Source of the DNA: Bdellovibrionales bacterium
Lineage (GTDB): Bacteria; Bdellovibrionota; Bdellovibrionia; Bdellovibrionales; UBA1609
NCBI GenBank assembly: GCA_965261545.1
Contig: CBDHDF010000002.1
Coordinates: forward strand, 288,001-352,000
DNA length: 64,000 nucleotides
Direction: 5' to 3'
Shown: one piece after another, positions 10,200 to 20,077 of the stretch
Position numbering within the stretch: position 1 is the first letter of the stretch
How the letters are laid out: every line of letters starts with the position of its first letter
Notes under the pieces: generated by a model
Seen by the model: the letters and a program-made list of their open reading frames with translations, nothing else
Told to the model about the DNA's origin: nothing
Database searches by the model: none
Translations under genes and position numbers: made by a program

Positions 10200-10799
10200 A
10201 TGAGTAAAGCAGAGAAAATAAAAACATATTCAAGCTTGTGGGAAGAATTGTGTGATTTACCAGAAAATGTTGTGGGTGAGATTTTTAACGATGAACTTGT
10301 GGTCTCTCCAAGACCGGCTCCCAAATACGCTGTTACTTCTTCTTCTCTTGGTGGTGAACTTGTAAATCCATTTCAAAAAGGTAAAAACGGGGGGCCAGGA
10401 GGTTGGTGGATTATTGATGAACCAGAGCTTCATCTCGAAAAACCTGTTCAAAAAAGAGAGAAGACCAATGTGATTGTACCTGACTTAGCAGGTTGGAAAA
10501 AAGATCGTCTCCCAAAGCTTCCAGAAACGGCTTATTTTGAGCTACCTCCAGACTGGGTTTGTGAGGTTTTGTCTCCATCAACAGCTTGTTATGACAGGGT
10601 TTCAAAGATGAGGATATATGCCATTAATGAAATCCCTTATTATTGGGTGATAGACCCCATCGGTAGAACTTTAGAAATTTTTGTTCTTCAAGATGAAACC
10701 TACCGAATGGAGATAGGTTTTACTGGAAGCGATGAGGTTTTAGCTCCGCCCTTTGAAGCGATCGGGTTAGATTTAGGGGCACTATGGGATTACGAATAA
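10200..10799 (+). CDS. Uma2 (DUF820) family PD-(D/E)XK endonuclease
   Basis: GGPGGWWIIDEPELHL, VPDLAGW, PDWVCEVLSPST, YYWVIDP motifs; GGAG RBS. Confidence 0.9.
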   Translation: MSKAEKIKTYSSLWEELCDLPENVVGEIFNDELVVSPRPAPKYAVTSSSLGGELVNPFQKGKNGGPGGWWIIDEPELHLEKPVQKREKTNVIVPDLAGWKKDRLPKLPETAYFELPPDWVCEVLSPSTACYDRVSKMRIYAINEIPYYWVIDPIGRTLEIFVLQDETYRMEIGFTGSDEVLAPPFEAIGLDLGALWDYE

Positions 10800-10876
10800 G
10801 CCGTCATTTGCCTAGAATGTTACCCATGAGCAGCTTGCCTCTTTGGGTTCGTCGCTGTGTCGGGAAAGAGCTTTTC

Positions 10877-11191
10877 TCAGGATTTTGTGTTTTTGACTTT
10901 TTTACGCAGCTTTTCCACGTCTTTGGAAGTGAGTCTAGTACATAGACAAATCGCTTCTACCTCAAAGCCATGTTGAATCATTCGTAATGCCATCTCTTCG
11001 CGACCCTTCTCGATACCCTTCTCGATACCCTTCTCGATACCCTTCTCGATACCCTTCTCGATACCCTTCTCGATACCCTTCTCAAGACCCTTTTCGATAC
11101 CCTTTTCGATACCCTTCTCGATACCCTTCTTAAGGCCCTTTCTCATCCCCTTTTCCTCAGCTTCATCCAAAGAACATTGCAATGCTGACAT
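10877..11191 (-). CDS. Predicted intragenic small C-terminal protein (RpnS-type antitoxin), 104 aa; the same site is present in all nine Rpn copies
   Basis: Internal GAGGAGG RBS (11203-11209) upstream of an in-frame ATG (MSALQCSLDEAEEKG...). Rpn genes are known to encode internal C-terminal antitoxins. Confidence 0.55.
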   Translation of the reverse strand: MSALQCSLDEAEEKGMRKGLKKGIEKGIEKGIEKGLEKGIEKGIEKGIEKGIEKGIEKGIEKGREEMALRMIQHGFEVEAICLCTRLTSKDVEKLRKKVKNTKS

Positions 11192-11947
11192 AACTCTTTG
11201 ATCCTCCTCGATACTTTCTTTTTCAATCTTACTGAGTACATTTAAAGTAAAATCTGAATCGTTTCGGTGGATATAATCCACTGCTTTTTGAATAAGGAAC
11301 TGTTGATCCTTCTCACCTAAGTTTGTACCCATCTGAAACAGCTCCACAATGGTCTCATGGCGAAGTTTCCAGATACTACTCATTATAAGCAAAATCGGTC
11401 TAGAAAGCAAATTCCTGCCAACTCCACGGTAAAGGTTTATATCATGAATATTCAACAACTTACAACGAAAATTGAGGATATTCTTCCCAAATTTTTGTCT
11501 TAGAACGGGGGTGAGCCCATCCAGAGAATCTTGAAAATTCAGGGGGCCTCTCCAGTGTTTTTGGCGTCCGTGATAGACCAGTATGGGAATGACTGGATAG
11601 TTCCAGCGATTGTAAACAAGGGTCTGGTACCTCAGAATTTGTTGGAGCACTTGAGAATCTTGATGACTTTTGTGTTCGAGCAGAAAAAAAAGACGCACCC
11701 TTTTTTTGGACCCCTTGACTTGAACTGAGAATAAAAGGTCAATACGCCGTTCATTGCCCTCTTCATCTGTAAAGACAGTTATTTCTGGTTTGAGAGTTTT
11801 CCAGTTAAAGAGCTTAAACTCCTGTGTCGTCAAGACAAGACGGAAAATGTCTAGGCAATATCTCTCATTCAGGAAAGTTTCATTGAATAGAGCATTATGG
11901 GCCTGAGACTGTTGTTTTCTTTTTTCTGAGATTTTCTTTGGAGGCAA
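10877..11947 (-). CDS. Rpn/YhgA-like PD-(D/E)XK nuclease (putative transposase), array copy 1; 10 GxEK repeats
   Basis: HNALF, RRIDLLFSV, LLEHKS, LRYQ, PVIPILVYHG motifs; C-terminal (G-I/L-E-K)n GREE followed by MALRMIQ.G. Confidence 0.9.
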   Translation of the reverse strand: MPPKKISEKRKQQSQAHNALFNETFLNERYCLDIFRLVLTTQEFKLFNWKTLKPEITVFTDEEGNERRIDLLFSVQVKGSKKRVRLFFLLEHKSHQDSQVLQQILRYQTLVYNRWNYPVIPILVYHGRQKHWRGPLNFQDSLDGLTPVLRQKFGKNILNFRCKLLNIHDINLYRGVGRNLLSRPILLIMSSIWKLRHETIVELFQMGTNLGEKDQQFLIQKAVDYIHRNDSDFTLNVLSKIEKESIEEDQRVMSALQCSLDEAEEKGMRKGLKKGIEKGIEKGIEKGLEKGIEKGIEKGIEKGIEKGIEKGIEKGREEMALRMIQHGFEVEAICLCTRLTSKDVEKLRKKVKNTKS

Positions 11948-12189
11948 TGTCAGTCTTTCAAGTGAAGAGGGTTTTAGATGGGGCGGCTTAAGAAGATTAT
12001 GGACAAGTGTATGAGCAAGTGAGCGGAGTTATCTGTCCATAAATCATCAAGACAAGGTAAAAGGGGGTGGGTTCTCCGGTCAAGTCAGATCAAGTCAAAA
12101 ATTGGAAAGTCATCATTAACTATCATAAAACCGGAGAATTGATTATTCTTATCCTCCTCTCCGATATGGCTATCGCCGCCCTCTTCCGC

Positions 12190-12520
12190 TGTAATTGTAC
12201 CTGACTTAGCAGGTTGGAAAAAAGATCGTCTCCCAAAGCTTCCAGAAACGGCTTATTTTGAGCTACCTCCAGACTGGGTTTGTGAGGTTTTGTCTCCATC
12301 AACAGCTCGTTATGACAGGGTTTCAAAGATGAGGATATATGCCATTAATGAAATCCCTTATTATTGGGTGATAGACCCCATCGGTAGAACTTTAGAAATT
12401 TTTGTTCTTCAAGATGAAACCTACCGAATGGAGATAGGTTTTACTGGAAGCGATGAGGTTTTAGCTCCGCCCTTTGAAGCGATCGGGTTAGATTTAGGGG
12501 CACTATGGGATTACGAATAA
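12190..12520 (+). pseudogene. 5'-truncated Uma2 endonuclease fragment (unit 2)
   Basis: Matches 10469-10799; lacks the N-terminal ~90 codons. Confidence 0.85.
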
Positions 12521-12597
12521 GCCGTCATTTGCCTAGAATGTTACCCATGAGCAGCTTGCCTCTTTGGGTTCGTCGCTGTGTCGGGAAAGAGCTTTTC

Positions 12598-13680
12598 TCA
12601 GGATTTTATGTTTTTGACTTTTTTACGCAGCTTTTCCACGTCTTTGGAAGTGAGTCTAGTACATAGACAAATCGCTTCTACCTCAAAGCCATTTTGAATC
12701 ATTCGTAATGCCATCTCTTCACGACCCTTCTCGATACCCTTCTCGATACCCTTCTCGATACCCTTCTCGATACCCTTCTCGATACCCTTCTCGATACCCT
12801 TCTCAAGACCCTTTTCGATACCCTTTTCGATACCCTTCTCGATACCCTTCTCGATACCCTTCTTAAGGCCCTTTCTCATCCCCTTTTCCTCAGCTTCATC
12901 CAAAGAACATTGCAATGCTGACATAACTCTTTGATCCTCCTCGATACTTTCTTTTTCAATCTTACTGAGTACATTTAAAGTAAAATCTGGATCGTTTCGG
13001 TGGATATAATCCACCGCTTTTTGAATAAGGAACTTTTGATCCTTCTCATCCAAGTTTATACCCATCTGAAACAGCTCCACAATGGTCTCATGGCGAAGCC
13101 TCCAGATACTACTCATTATAAGCAAAATCGGCCTAGAAAGCAAATTCCTGCCAACTCCACGGTAAAGGTTTATATCATGAATATTCAACAACTTACAACG
13201 AAAATTGAGGATATTCTTCCCAAATTTTTGTCTTAGAACGGGGGTGAGCCCATCCAGAGAATCTTGAAAATTCAGGGGGCCTCTCCAGTGTTTTTGGCGT
13301 CCGTGATAGACCAGTATGGGAATGACTGGATAGTTCCAGCGATTGTAAACAAGGGTCTGGTACCTCAGAATTTGTTGGAGCACTTGAGAATCTTGATGAC
13401 TTTTGTGTTCGAGCAGAAAAAAAAGACGCACCCTTTTTTTGGACCCCTTGACTTGAACTGAGAATAAAAGGTCAATACGCCGTTCATTGCCCTCTTCATC
13501 TGTAAAGACAGTTATTTCTGGTTTGAGAGTTTTCCAGTTAAAGAGCTTAAACTCCTGTGTCGTCAAGACAAGACGGAAAATGTCTAGGCAATATCTCTCA
13601 TTCAGGAAAGTTTCATTGAATAGAGCATTATGGGCCTGAGACTGTTGTTTTCTTTTTTCTGAGATTTTCTTTGGAGGCAA
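12598..13680 (-). CDS. Rpn-family nuclease, array copy 2; 11 repeats
   Basis: Near-identical to copy 1; 360 aa. Confidence 0.9.
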   Translation of the reverse strand: MPPKKISEKRKQQSQAHNALFNETFLNERYCLDIFRLVLTTQEFKLFNWKTLKPEITVFTDEEGNERRIDLLFSVQVKGSKKRVRLFFLLEHKSHQDSQVLQQILRYQTLVYNRWNYPVIPILVYHGRQKHWRGPLNFQDSLDGLTPVLRQKFGKNILNFRCKLLNIHDINLYRGVGRNLLSRPILLIMSSIWRLRHETIVELFQMGINLDEKDQKFLIQKAVDYIHRNDPDFTLNVLSKIEKESIEEDQRVMSALQCSLDEAEEKGMRKGLKKGIEKGIEKGIEKGIEKGLEKGIEKGIEKGIEKGIEKGIEKGIEKGREEMALRMIQNGFEVEAICLCTRLTSKDVEKLRKKVKNIKS

Positions 13681-13922
13681 TGTCAGTCTTTCAAGTGAAG
13701 AGGGTTTTAGATGGGGCGGCTTAAGAAGATTATGGACAAGTGTATGAGCAAGTGAGCGGAGTTATCTGTCCATAAATCATCAAGACAAGGTAAAAGGGGG
13801 TGGGTTCTCCGGTCAAGTCAGATCAAGTCAAAAATTGGAAAGTCATCATTAACTATCATAAAACCGGAGAATTGATTATTCTTATCCTCCTCTCCGATAT
13901 GGCTATCGCCGCCCTCTTCCGC

Positions 13923-14253
13923 TGTAATTGTACCTGACTTAGCAGGTTGGAAAAAAGATCGTCTCCCAAAGCTTCCAGAAACGGCTTATTTTGAGCTACC
14001 TCCAGACTGGGTTTGTGAGGTTTTGTCTCCATCAACAGCTCGTTATGACAGGGTTTCAAAGATGAGGATATATGCCATTAATGAAATCCCTTATTATTGG
14101 GTGATAGACCCCATCGGTAGAACTTTAGAAATTTTTGTTCTTCAAGATGAAACCTACCGAATGGAGATAGGTTTTACTGGAAGCGATGAGGTTTTAGCTC
14201 CGCCCTTTGAAGCGATCGGGTTAGATTTAGGGGCACTATGGGATTACGAATAA
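13923..14253 (+). pseudogene. 5'-truncated Uma2 fragment (unit 3)
   Basis: As for unit 2. Confidence 0.85.
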
Positions 14254-14330
14254 GCCGTCATTTGCCTAGAATGTTACCCATGAGCAGCTTGCCTCTTTGG
14301 GTTCGTCGCTGTGTCGGGAAAGAGCTTTTC

Positions 14331-15389
14331 TCAGGATTTTATGTTTTTGACTTTTTTACGCAGCTTTTCCACGTCTTTGGAAGTGAGTCTAGTACATAGA
14401 CAAATCGCTTCTACCTCAAAGCCATTTTGAATCATTCGTAATGCCATCTCTTCACGACCCTTCTCGATACCCTTCTCGATACCCTTCTCGATACCCTTCT
14501 CGATACCCTTCTCAAGACCCTTTTCGATACCCTTTTCGATACCCTTCTCGATACCCTTCTCGATACCCTTCTTAAGGCCCTTTCTCATCCCCTTTTCCTC
14601 AGCTTCATCCAAAGAACATTGCAATGCTGACATAACTCTTTGATCCTCCTCGATACTTTCTTTTTCAATCTTACTGAGTACATTTAAAGTAAAATCTGGA
14701 TCGTTTCGGTGGATATAATCCACCGCTTTTTGAATAAGGAACTTTTGATCCTTCTCATCCAAGTTTATACCCATCTGAAACAGCTCCACAATGGTCTCAT
14801 GGCGAAGCCTCCAGATACTACTCATTATAAGCAAAATCGGCCTAGAAAGCAAATTCCTGCCAACTCCACGGTAAAGGTTTATATCATGAATATTCAACAA
14901 CTTACAACGAAAATTGAGGATATTCTTCCCAAATTTTTGTCTTAGAACGGGGGTGAGCCCATCCAGAGAATCTTGAAAATTCAGGGGGCCTCTCCAGTGT
15001 TTTTGGCGTCCGTGATAGACCAGTATGGGAATGACTGGATAGTTCCAGCGATTGTAAACAAGGGTCTGGTACCTCAGAATTTGTTGGAGCACTTGAGAAT
15101 CTTGATGACTTTTGTGTTCGAGCAGAAAAAAAAGACGCACCCTTTTTTTGGACCCCTTGACTTGAACTGAGAATAAAAGGTCAATACGCCGTTCATTGCC
15201 CTCTTCATCTGTAAAGACAGTTATTTCTGGTTTGAGAGTTTTCCAGTTAAAGAGCTTAAACTCCTGTGTCGTCAAGACAAGACGGAAAATGTCTAGGCAA
15301 TATCTCTCATTCAGGAAAGTTTCATTGAATAGAGCATTATGGGCCTGAGACTGTTGTTTTCTTTTTTCTGAGATTTTCTTTGGAGGCAA
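14331..15389 (-). CDS. Rpn-family nuclease, array copy 3; 9 repeats
   Basis: 352 aa, same motifs. Confidence 0.9.
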   Translation of the reverse strand: MPPKKISEKRKQQSQAHNALFNETFLNERYCLDIFRLVLTTQEFKLFNWKTLKPEITVFTDEEGNERRIDLLFSVQVKGSKKRVRLFFLLEHKSHQDSQVLQQILRYQTLVYNRWNYPVIPILVYHGRQKHWRGPLNFQDSLDGLTPVLRQKFGKNILNFRCKLLNIHDINLYRGVGRNLLSRPILLIMSSIWRLRHETIVELFQMGINLDEKDQKFLIQKAVDYIHRNDPDFTLNVLSKIEKESIEEDQRVMSALQCSLDEAEEKGMRKGLKKGIEKGIEKGIEKGIEKGLEKGIEKGIEKGIEKGIEKGREEMALRMIQNGFEVEAICLCTRLTSKDVEKLRKKVKNIKS

Positions 15390-15631
15390 TGTCAGTCTTT
15401 CAAGTGAAGAGGGTTTTAGATGGGGCGGCTTAAGAAGATTATGGACAAGTGTATGAGCAAGTGAGCGGAGTTATCTGTCCATAAATCATCAAGACAAGGT
15501 AAAAGGGGGTGGGTTCTCCGGTCAAGTCAGATCAAGTCAAAAATTGGAAAGTCATCATTAACTATCATAAAACCGGATAATTGATTATTCTTATCCTCCT
15601 CTCCGATATGGCTATCGCCGCCCTCTTCCGC

Positions 15632-15962
15632 TGTAATTGTACCTGACTTAGCAGGTTGGAAAAAAGATCGTCTCCCAAAGCTTCCAGAAACGGCTTATTT
15701 TGAGCTACCTCCAGACTGGGTTTGTGAGGTTTTGTCTCCATCAACAGCTCGTTATGACAGGGTTTCAAAGATGAGGATATATGCCATTAATGAAATCCCT
15801 TATTATTGGGTGATAGACCCCATCGGTAGAACTTTAGAAATTTTTGTTCTTCAAGATGAAACCTACCGAATGGAGATAGGTTTTACTGGAAGCGATGAGG
15901 TTTTAGCTCCGCCCTTTGAAGCGATCGGGTTAGATTTAGGGGCACTATGGGATTACGAATAA
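15632..15962 (+). pseudogene. 5'-truncated Uma2 fragment (unit 4)
   Basis: As for unit 2. Confidence 0.85.
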
Positions 15963-16039
15963 GCCGTCATTTGCCTAGAATGTTACCCATGAGCAGCTTG
16001 CCTCTTTGGGTTCGTCGCTGTGTCGGGAAAGAGCTTTTC

Positions 16040-17062
16040 TCAGGATTTTATGTTTTTGACTTTTTTACGCAGCTTTTCCACGTCTTTGGAAGTGAGTCTA
16101 GTACATAGACAAATCGCTTCTACCTCAAAGCCATTTTGAATCATTCGTAATGCCATCTCTTCACGACCCTTCTCGATACCCTTCTCGATACCCTTCTCGA
16201 TACCCTTCTCGATACCCTTCTCGATACCCTTCTCGATACCCTTCTTAAGGCCCTTTCTCATCCCCTTTTCCTCAGCTTCATCCAAAGAACATTGCAATGC
16301 TGACATAACTCTTTGATCCTCCTCGATACTTTCTTTTTCAATCTTACTGAGTACATTTAAAGTAAAATCTGGATCGTTTCGGTGGATATAATCCACCGCT
16401 TTTTGAATAAGGAACTTTTGATCCTTCTCATCCAAGTTTATACCCATCTGAAACAGCTCCACAATGGTCTCATGGCGAAGTTTCCAGATACTACTCATTA
16501 TAAGCAAAATCGGTCTAGAAAGCAAATTCCTGCCAACTCCACGGTAAAGGTTTATATCATGAATATTCAACAACTTACAACGAAAATTGAGGATATTCTT
16601 CCCAAATTTTTGTCTTAGAACGGGGGTGAGCCCATCCAGAGAATCTTGAAAATTCAGGGGGCCTCTCCAGTGTTTTTGGCGTCCGTGATAGACCAGTATG
16701 GGAATGACTGGATAGTTCCAGCGATTGTAAACAAGGGTCTGGTACCTCAGAATTTGTTGGAGCACTTGAGAATCTTGATGACTTTTGTGTTCGAGCAGAA
16801 AAAAAAGACGCACCCTTTTTTTGGACCCCTTGACTTGAACTGAGAATAAAAGGTCAATACGCCGTTCATTGCCCTCTTCATCTGTAAAGACAGTTATTTC
16901 TGGTTTGAGAGTTTTCCAGTTAAAGAGCTTAAACTCCTGTGTCGTCAAGACAAGACGGAAAATGTCTAGGCAATATCTCTCATTCAGGAAAGTTTCATTG
17001 AATAGAGCATTATGGGCCTGAGACTGTTGTTTTCTTTTTTCTGAGATTTTCTTTGGAGGCAA
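16040..17062 (-). CDS. Rpn-family nuclease, array copy 4; 6 repeats
   Basis: 340 aa, same motifs. Confidence 0.9.
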   Translation of the reverse strand: MPPKKISEKRKQQSQAHNALFNETFLNERYCLDIFRLVLTTQEFKLFNWKTLKPEITVFTDEEGNERRIDLLFSVQVKGSKKRVRLFFLLEHKSHQDSQVLQQILRYQTLVYNRWNYPVIPILVYHGRQKHWRGPLNFQDSLDGLTPVLRQKFGKNILNFRCKLLNIHDINLYRGVGRNLLSRPILLIMSSIWKLRHETIVELFQMGINLDEKDQKFLIQKAVDYIHRNDPDFTLNVLSKIEKESIEEDQRVMSALQCSLDEAEEKGMRKGLKKGIEKGIEKGIEKGIEKGIEKGIEKGREEMALRMIQNGFEVEAICLCTRLTSKDVEKLRKKVKNIKS

Positions 17063-17622
17063 TGTCAGTCTTTCAAGTGAAGAGGGTTTTAGATGGGGCG
17101 GCTTAAGAAGATTATGGACAAGTGTATGAGCAAGTGAGCGGAGTTATCTGTCCATAAATCATCAAGACAAGGTAAAAGGGGGTGGGTTCTCCGGTCAAGT
17201 CAGATCAAGTCAAAAATTGGAAAGTCATCATTAACTATCATAAAACCGGAGAATTGATTATTCTTATCCTCCTCTCCGATATGGCTATCGCCGCCCTCTT
17301 CCGCTGTGATTGTACCTGACTTAGCAGGTTGGAAAAAAGATCGTCTCCCAAAGCTTCCAGAAACGGCTTATTTTGAGCTACCTCCAGACTGGGTTTGTGA
17401 GGTTTTGTCTCCATCAACAGCTCGTTATGACAGGGTTTCAAAGATGAGGATATATGCCATTAATGAAATCCCTTATTATTGGGTGATAGACCCCATCGGT
17501 AGAACTTTAGAAATTTTTGTTCTTCAAGATGAAAGTAAATCATCGAGGAACCCCGTCTTTCAATAATTTTGAGATGTAATAGACTGAATCCATAACCACT
17601 AACTACTTACGAGGAGATAGAT

Positions 17623-18021
17623 ATGGATTTAGAGATTTTACGCAAGAAATTGAGCACATATCGTGGCCCAAGCGGCCGCATACGAGGAGCCAGTGATGAA
17701 CTCCTTTATGAGTTGCTGACGGCCTGGGAGAATTGGTCGGGTCCGATGAGCGGCTTCTATAAATCTCTTGGAGTCAGTAGGAATGGTATGGCCTCAATGA
17801 TAGGCAAGGCAAAGAAGCTAAAAAGAGAGGGCCATTTTCCGGAGTCAGAGTTTAAAGAGATCAAGATGGAGCCAAGTTCTTCGCTCCCAGGGGTGAGTTC
17901 TCCCTCCCATTCAGGCATCATTTTGAGATGGTCAAGGGGGCAAGTCATCCGTTTTCCCCATGTGGATGGGCTGATTGAATTTCTAAATAAGACAGATAAG
18001 ACAGAAAAGAAGGCCTCATGA
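17623..18021 (+). CDS. tnpA: IS66 accessory protein TnpA-like
   Basis: First gene of the IS66 operon; GAGGAG RBS; ATGA overlap with tnpB. Confidence 0.7.
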   Translation: MDLEILRKKLSTYRGPSGRIRGASDELLYELLTAWENWSGPMSGFYKSLGVSRNGMASMIGKAKKLKREGHFPESEFKEIKMEPSSSLPGVSSPSHSGIILRWSRGQVIRFPHVDGLIEFLNKTDKTEKKAS

Positions 18022-18410
18022 TAGCTTTGAACCGCAGGACCAAAATATTCGTCTGTAAGGAGCCCACAGATATGAGGGCTTCTTATGATTCTTTATTTCA
18101 TCGAGCCAAGACAGTTTTAGACAAGGACCCTTTTTCGGGTCATTTATTTTTGTTTGTCAACCGCCGTCGTACGTCGTGCAAGTGCCTGTACTATGATGGC
18201 ACAGGATTGGTAATTTTATCCAAGCGTCTTGAGCAGGGAACATTTTCTAGGATCAATCCTTTTCATAGTAAAGAAATTGTATTAACAGAGGCCGAGTTTG
18301 GTTTATTTTTTGAGGGAGCGAATTTAGAAAAAAGGTTTATAGAAAGTCCTTTGGAGATAAAAAAAGTTGCTAAAAAAATATTCCCAATGAGTCAAGAGTT
18401 GTCACTTTAA
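18018..18410 (+). CDS. tnpB: IS66 accessory protein TnpB
   Basis: PTDMRASYDSL, DPFSGHLFLFVNRRR, KCLYYDGTG, KRLEQGTF motifs. Confidence 0.92.
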   Translation: MIALNRRTKIFVCKEPTDMRASYDSLFHRAKTVLDKDPFSGHLFLFVNRRRTSCKCLYYDGTGLVILSKRLEQGTFSRINPFHSKEIVLTEAEFGLFFEGANLEKRFIESPLEIKKVAKKIFPMSQELSL

Positions 18411-18434
18411 AAATATTTGTTTATCCTTTTATTT

Positions 18435-20069
18435 ATGAGCCAAGAAGATCTTTTCAAAGTTGTTCCAAAGACTCGATTTGACTTGATAAAAAAAGGTGAA
18501 GTTGTTTACCTTTTCCAAGAAGCCGAGCACACCATCCGCAAGCTGCAAAAAGAGATCAAAGACTTAAGAAATCTCCATGGAGAACTGAAGCAAAAAACTT
18601 TCTTGGTGGATGAGCAATATATTCTTTTAAAGAACAAGCTTTTTGGCAAAAGCTCAGAAAAGGAATCTCCAGATAATAAGAAAGATTCATCCCACCCAGC
18701 TTCGTTTCAAAATTCTACTTCTGACAAGGATGAAAAAAGAAAAAAGCGTATCCAGCTCCCCTCGGAAAGATATCCCAATGCCCCCGTTGTTGAACAAGAG
18801 GTGGAGCTTCAAGAACCTCCCAAATGCACTTGCTGTGGGGCCGAGATGAAGGACTCAGGTCTTACGGAAGCCAGTGAGTACCTCACCGTGGTTCCTGCCA
18901 AATATCTTATTATTAGACAAAAACGCCACAAATATAACTGTGGCCGTTGTCACGGGAGTCTTAAAACCGCTTCTACCCCCCCTCGAATCAAACCAAAGAG
19001 TTCTTACAGCGATGAAATGATGTTGGATGTGTCTTTGACCAAATACTGTGACCTCATTCCCATAGAGCGCTATGGGGCCATAGCTGGAAGAGCTGGGCTC
19101 GAAGGCTTACCTCCCCAAAGTCTCATAGAGTTGACCCACCATGTGGCCGACTTTACAAAAGGAGCTTACGATAAGCTCAAAGAAGAGATTCAAAGCAGCC
19201 AGGTTCTTCATGCCGATGAAACCCCTCACAAAATGCTTGAGAGAAATGGGGGGAAGAGTTGGTATTTATGGGGATTTTCCAATACAAAGACGAGTTATTT
19301 TGAAATACACAACACTCGCTCTGGGGATGTGTCTTCAAAGATGATAAAGAACTCCAAGTGTGAATATTTGGTCAGTGATGTTTTTTCTGGCTACAGCAAA
19401 ACAGTGAGAGAAGTGAATCAATACCGGAAAGACAGAGAAAATAAAGAAGAATTTAAGAAACTTTACAATGTGTACTGCAATGCCCATGCGAGGAGAAAGT
19501 TCAGGGAGGCCGTGGTGGCGAACTTGAACAAAGAGCCAGATCCATCCCAGTGTGCCCAATATTTTGTGAATATCTATGGAAAGATTTATCGTCTGGCAAA
19601 AATAGCCAAGAATGGGGAGCAAGGCTGTGATAAATTCCTGCGTGCTCAAAGGCTTATGCTCTGTCTATTTGAGAAGATGAAGGTGCGGGCCATGGAAGAT
19701 ATGGGGGGCTACTCTTCCAAAAGCTCTATGGGCAAGGCCATGGGATATCTTCTCAGAAACTATAAAGGCTTGACTTTGTTTGCTCACCACCACGGCTTGC
19801 CCATTGACAATAATTGCCAAGAACGACAGCTTCGCAGTCCTGTGGTGGGGCGCAAGACATGGTATGGAACGCACTCTAAAAGAGGGGCTGAAACAGCCTC
19901 CATATTGTTCTCCTTGGTAGAGTCATGCAAACTCAATCAGGTCAATCCAAGGGAGTATTTCAAAAAACTGGTCCAAGATATCCATCAAGGCAAAAATCCA
20001 TATACACCCTCTCAATACAAGATCTTGTATCCTCCCAACGAAAATAAAGACGATTTATTGCATATGTGA
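18435..20069 (+). CDS. tnpC: IS66 DDE transposase TnpC
   Basis: Coiled coil LFGKSSE, zinc ribbon CTCCG..CGRC, LHADET, CNAHARRKF, IDNNCQERQLR..VVGRK motifs. Confidence 0.92.
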   Translation: MSQEDLFKVVPKTRFDLIKKGEVVYLFQEAEHTIRKLQKEIKDLRNLHGELKQKTFLVDEQYILLKNKLFGKSSEKESPDNKKDSSHPASFQNSTSDKDEKRKKRIQLPSERYPNAPVVEQEVELQEPPKCTCCGAEMKDSGLTEASEYLTVVPAKYLIIRQKRHKYNCGRCHGSLKTASTPPRIKPKSSYSDEMMLDVSLTKYCDLIPIERYGAIAGRAGLEGLPPQSLIELTHHVADFTKGAYDKLKEEIQSSQVLHADETPHKMLERNGGKSWYLWGFSNTKTSYFEIHNTRSGDVSSKMIKNSKCEYLVSDVFSGYSKTVREVNQYRKDRENKEEFKKLYNVYCNAHARRKFREAVVANLNKEPDPSQCAQYFVNIYGKIYRLAKIAKNGEQGCDKFLRAQRLMLCLFEKMKVRAMEDMGGYSSKSSMGKAMGYLLRNYKGLTLFAHHHGLPIDNNCQERQLRSPVVGRKTWYGTHSKRGAETASILFSLVESCKLNQVNPREYFKKLVQDIHQGKNPYTPSQYKILYPPNENKDDLLHM

Positions 20070-20077
20070 CAAACTTT

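Noticed and set aside
11003..11140. Regular short repeats resembling a CRISPR array
   Set aside because: These are contiguous 12-bp coding repeats with no spacers, and there are no cas genes in the window.
11531..12326. Recurrent short ORFs (MKIQGASP…, MDIIHRF…, MKPCHNE…) as antitoxins or small genes
   Set aside because: They are antisense shadows of Rpn/Uma2 that recur only because the unit is duplicated; no RBS support.
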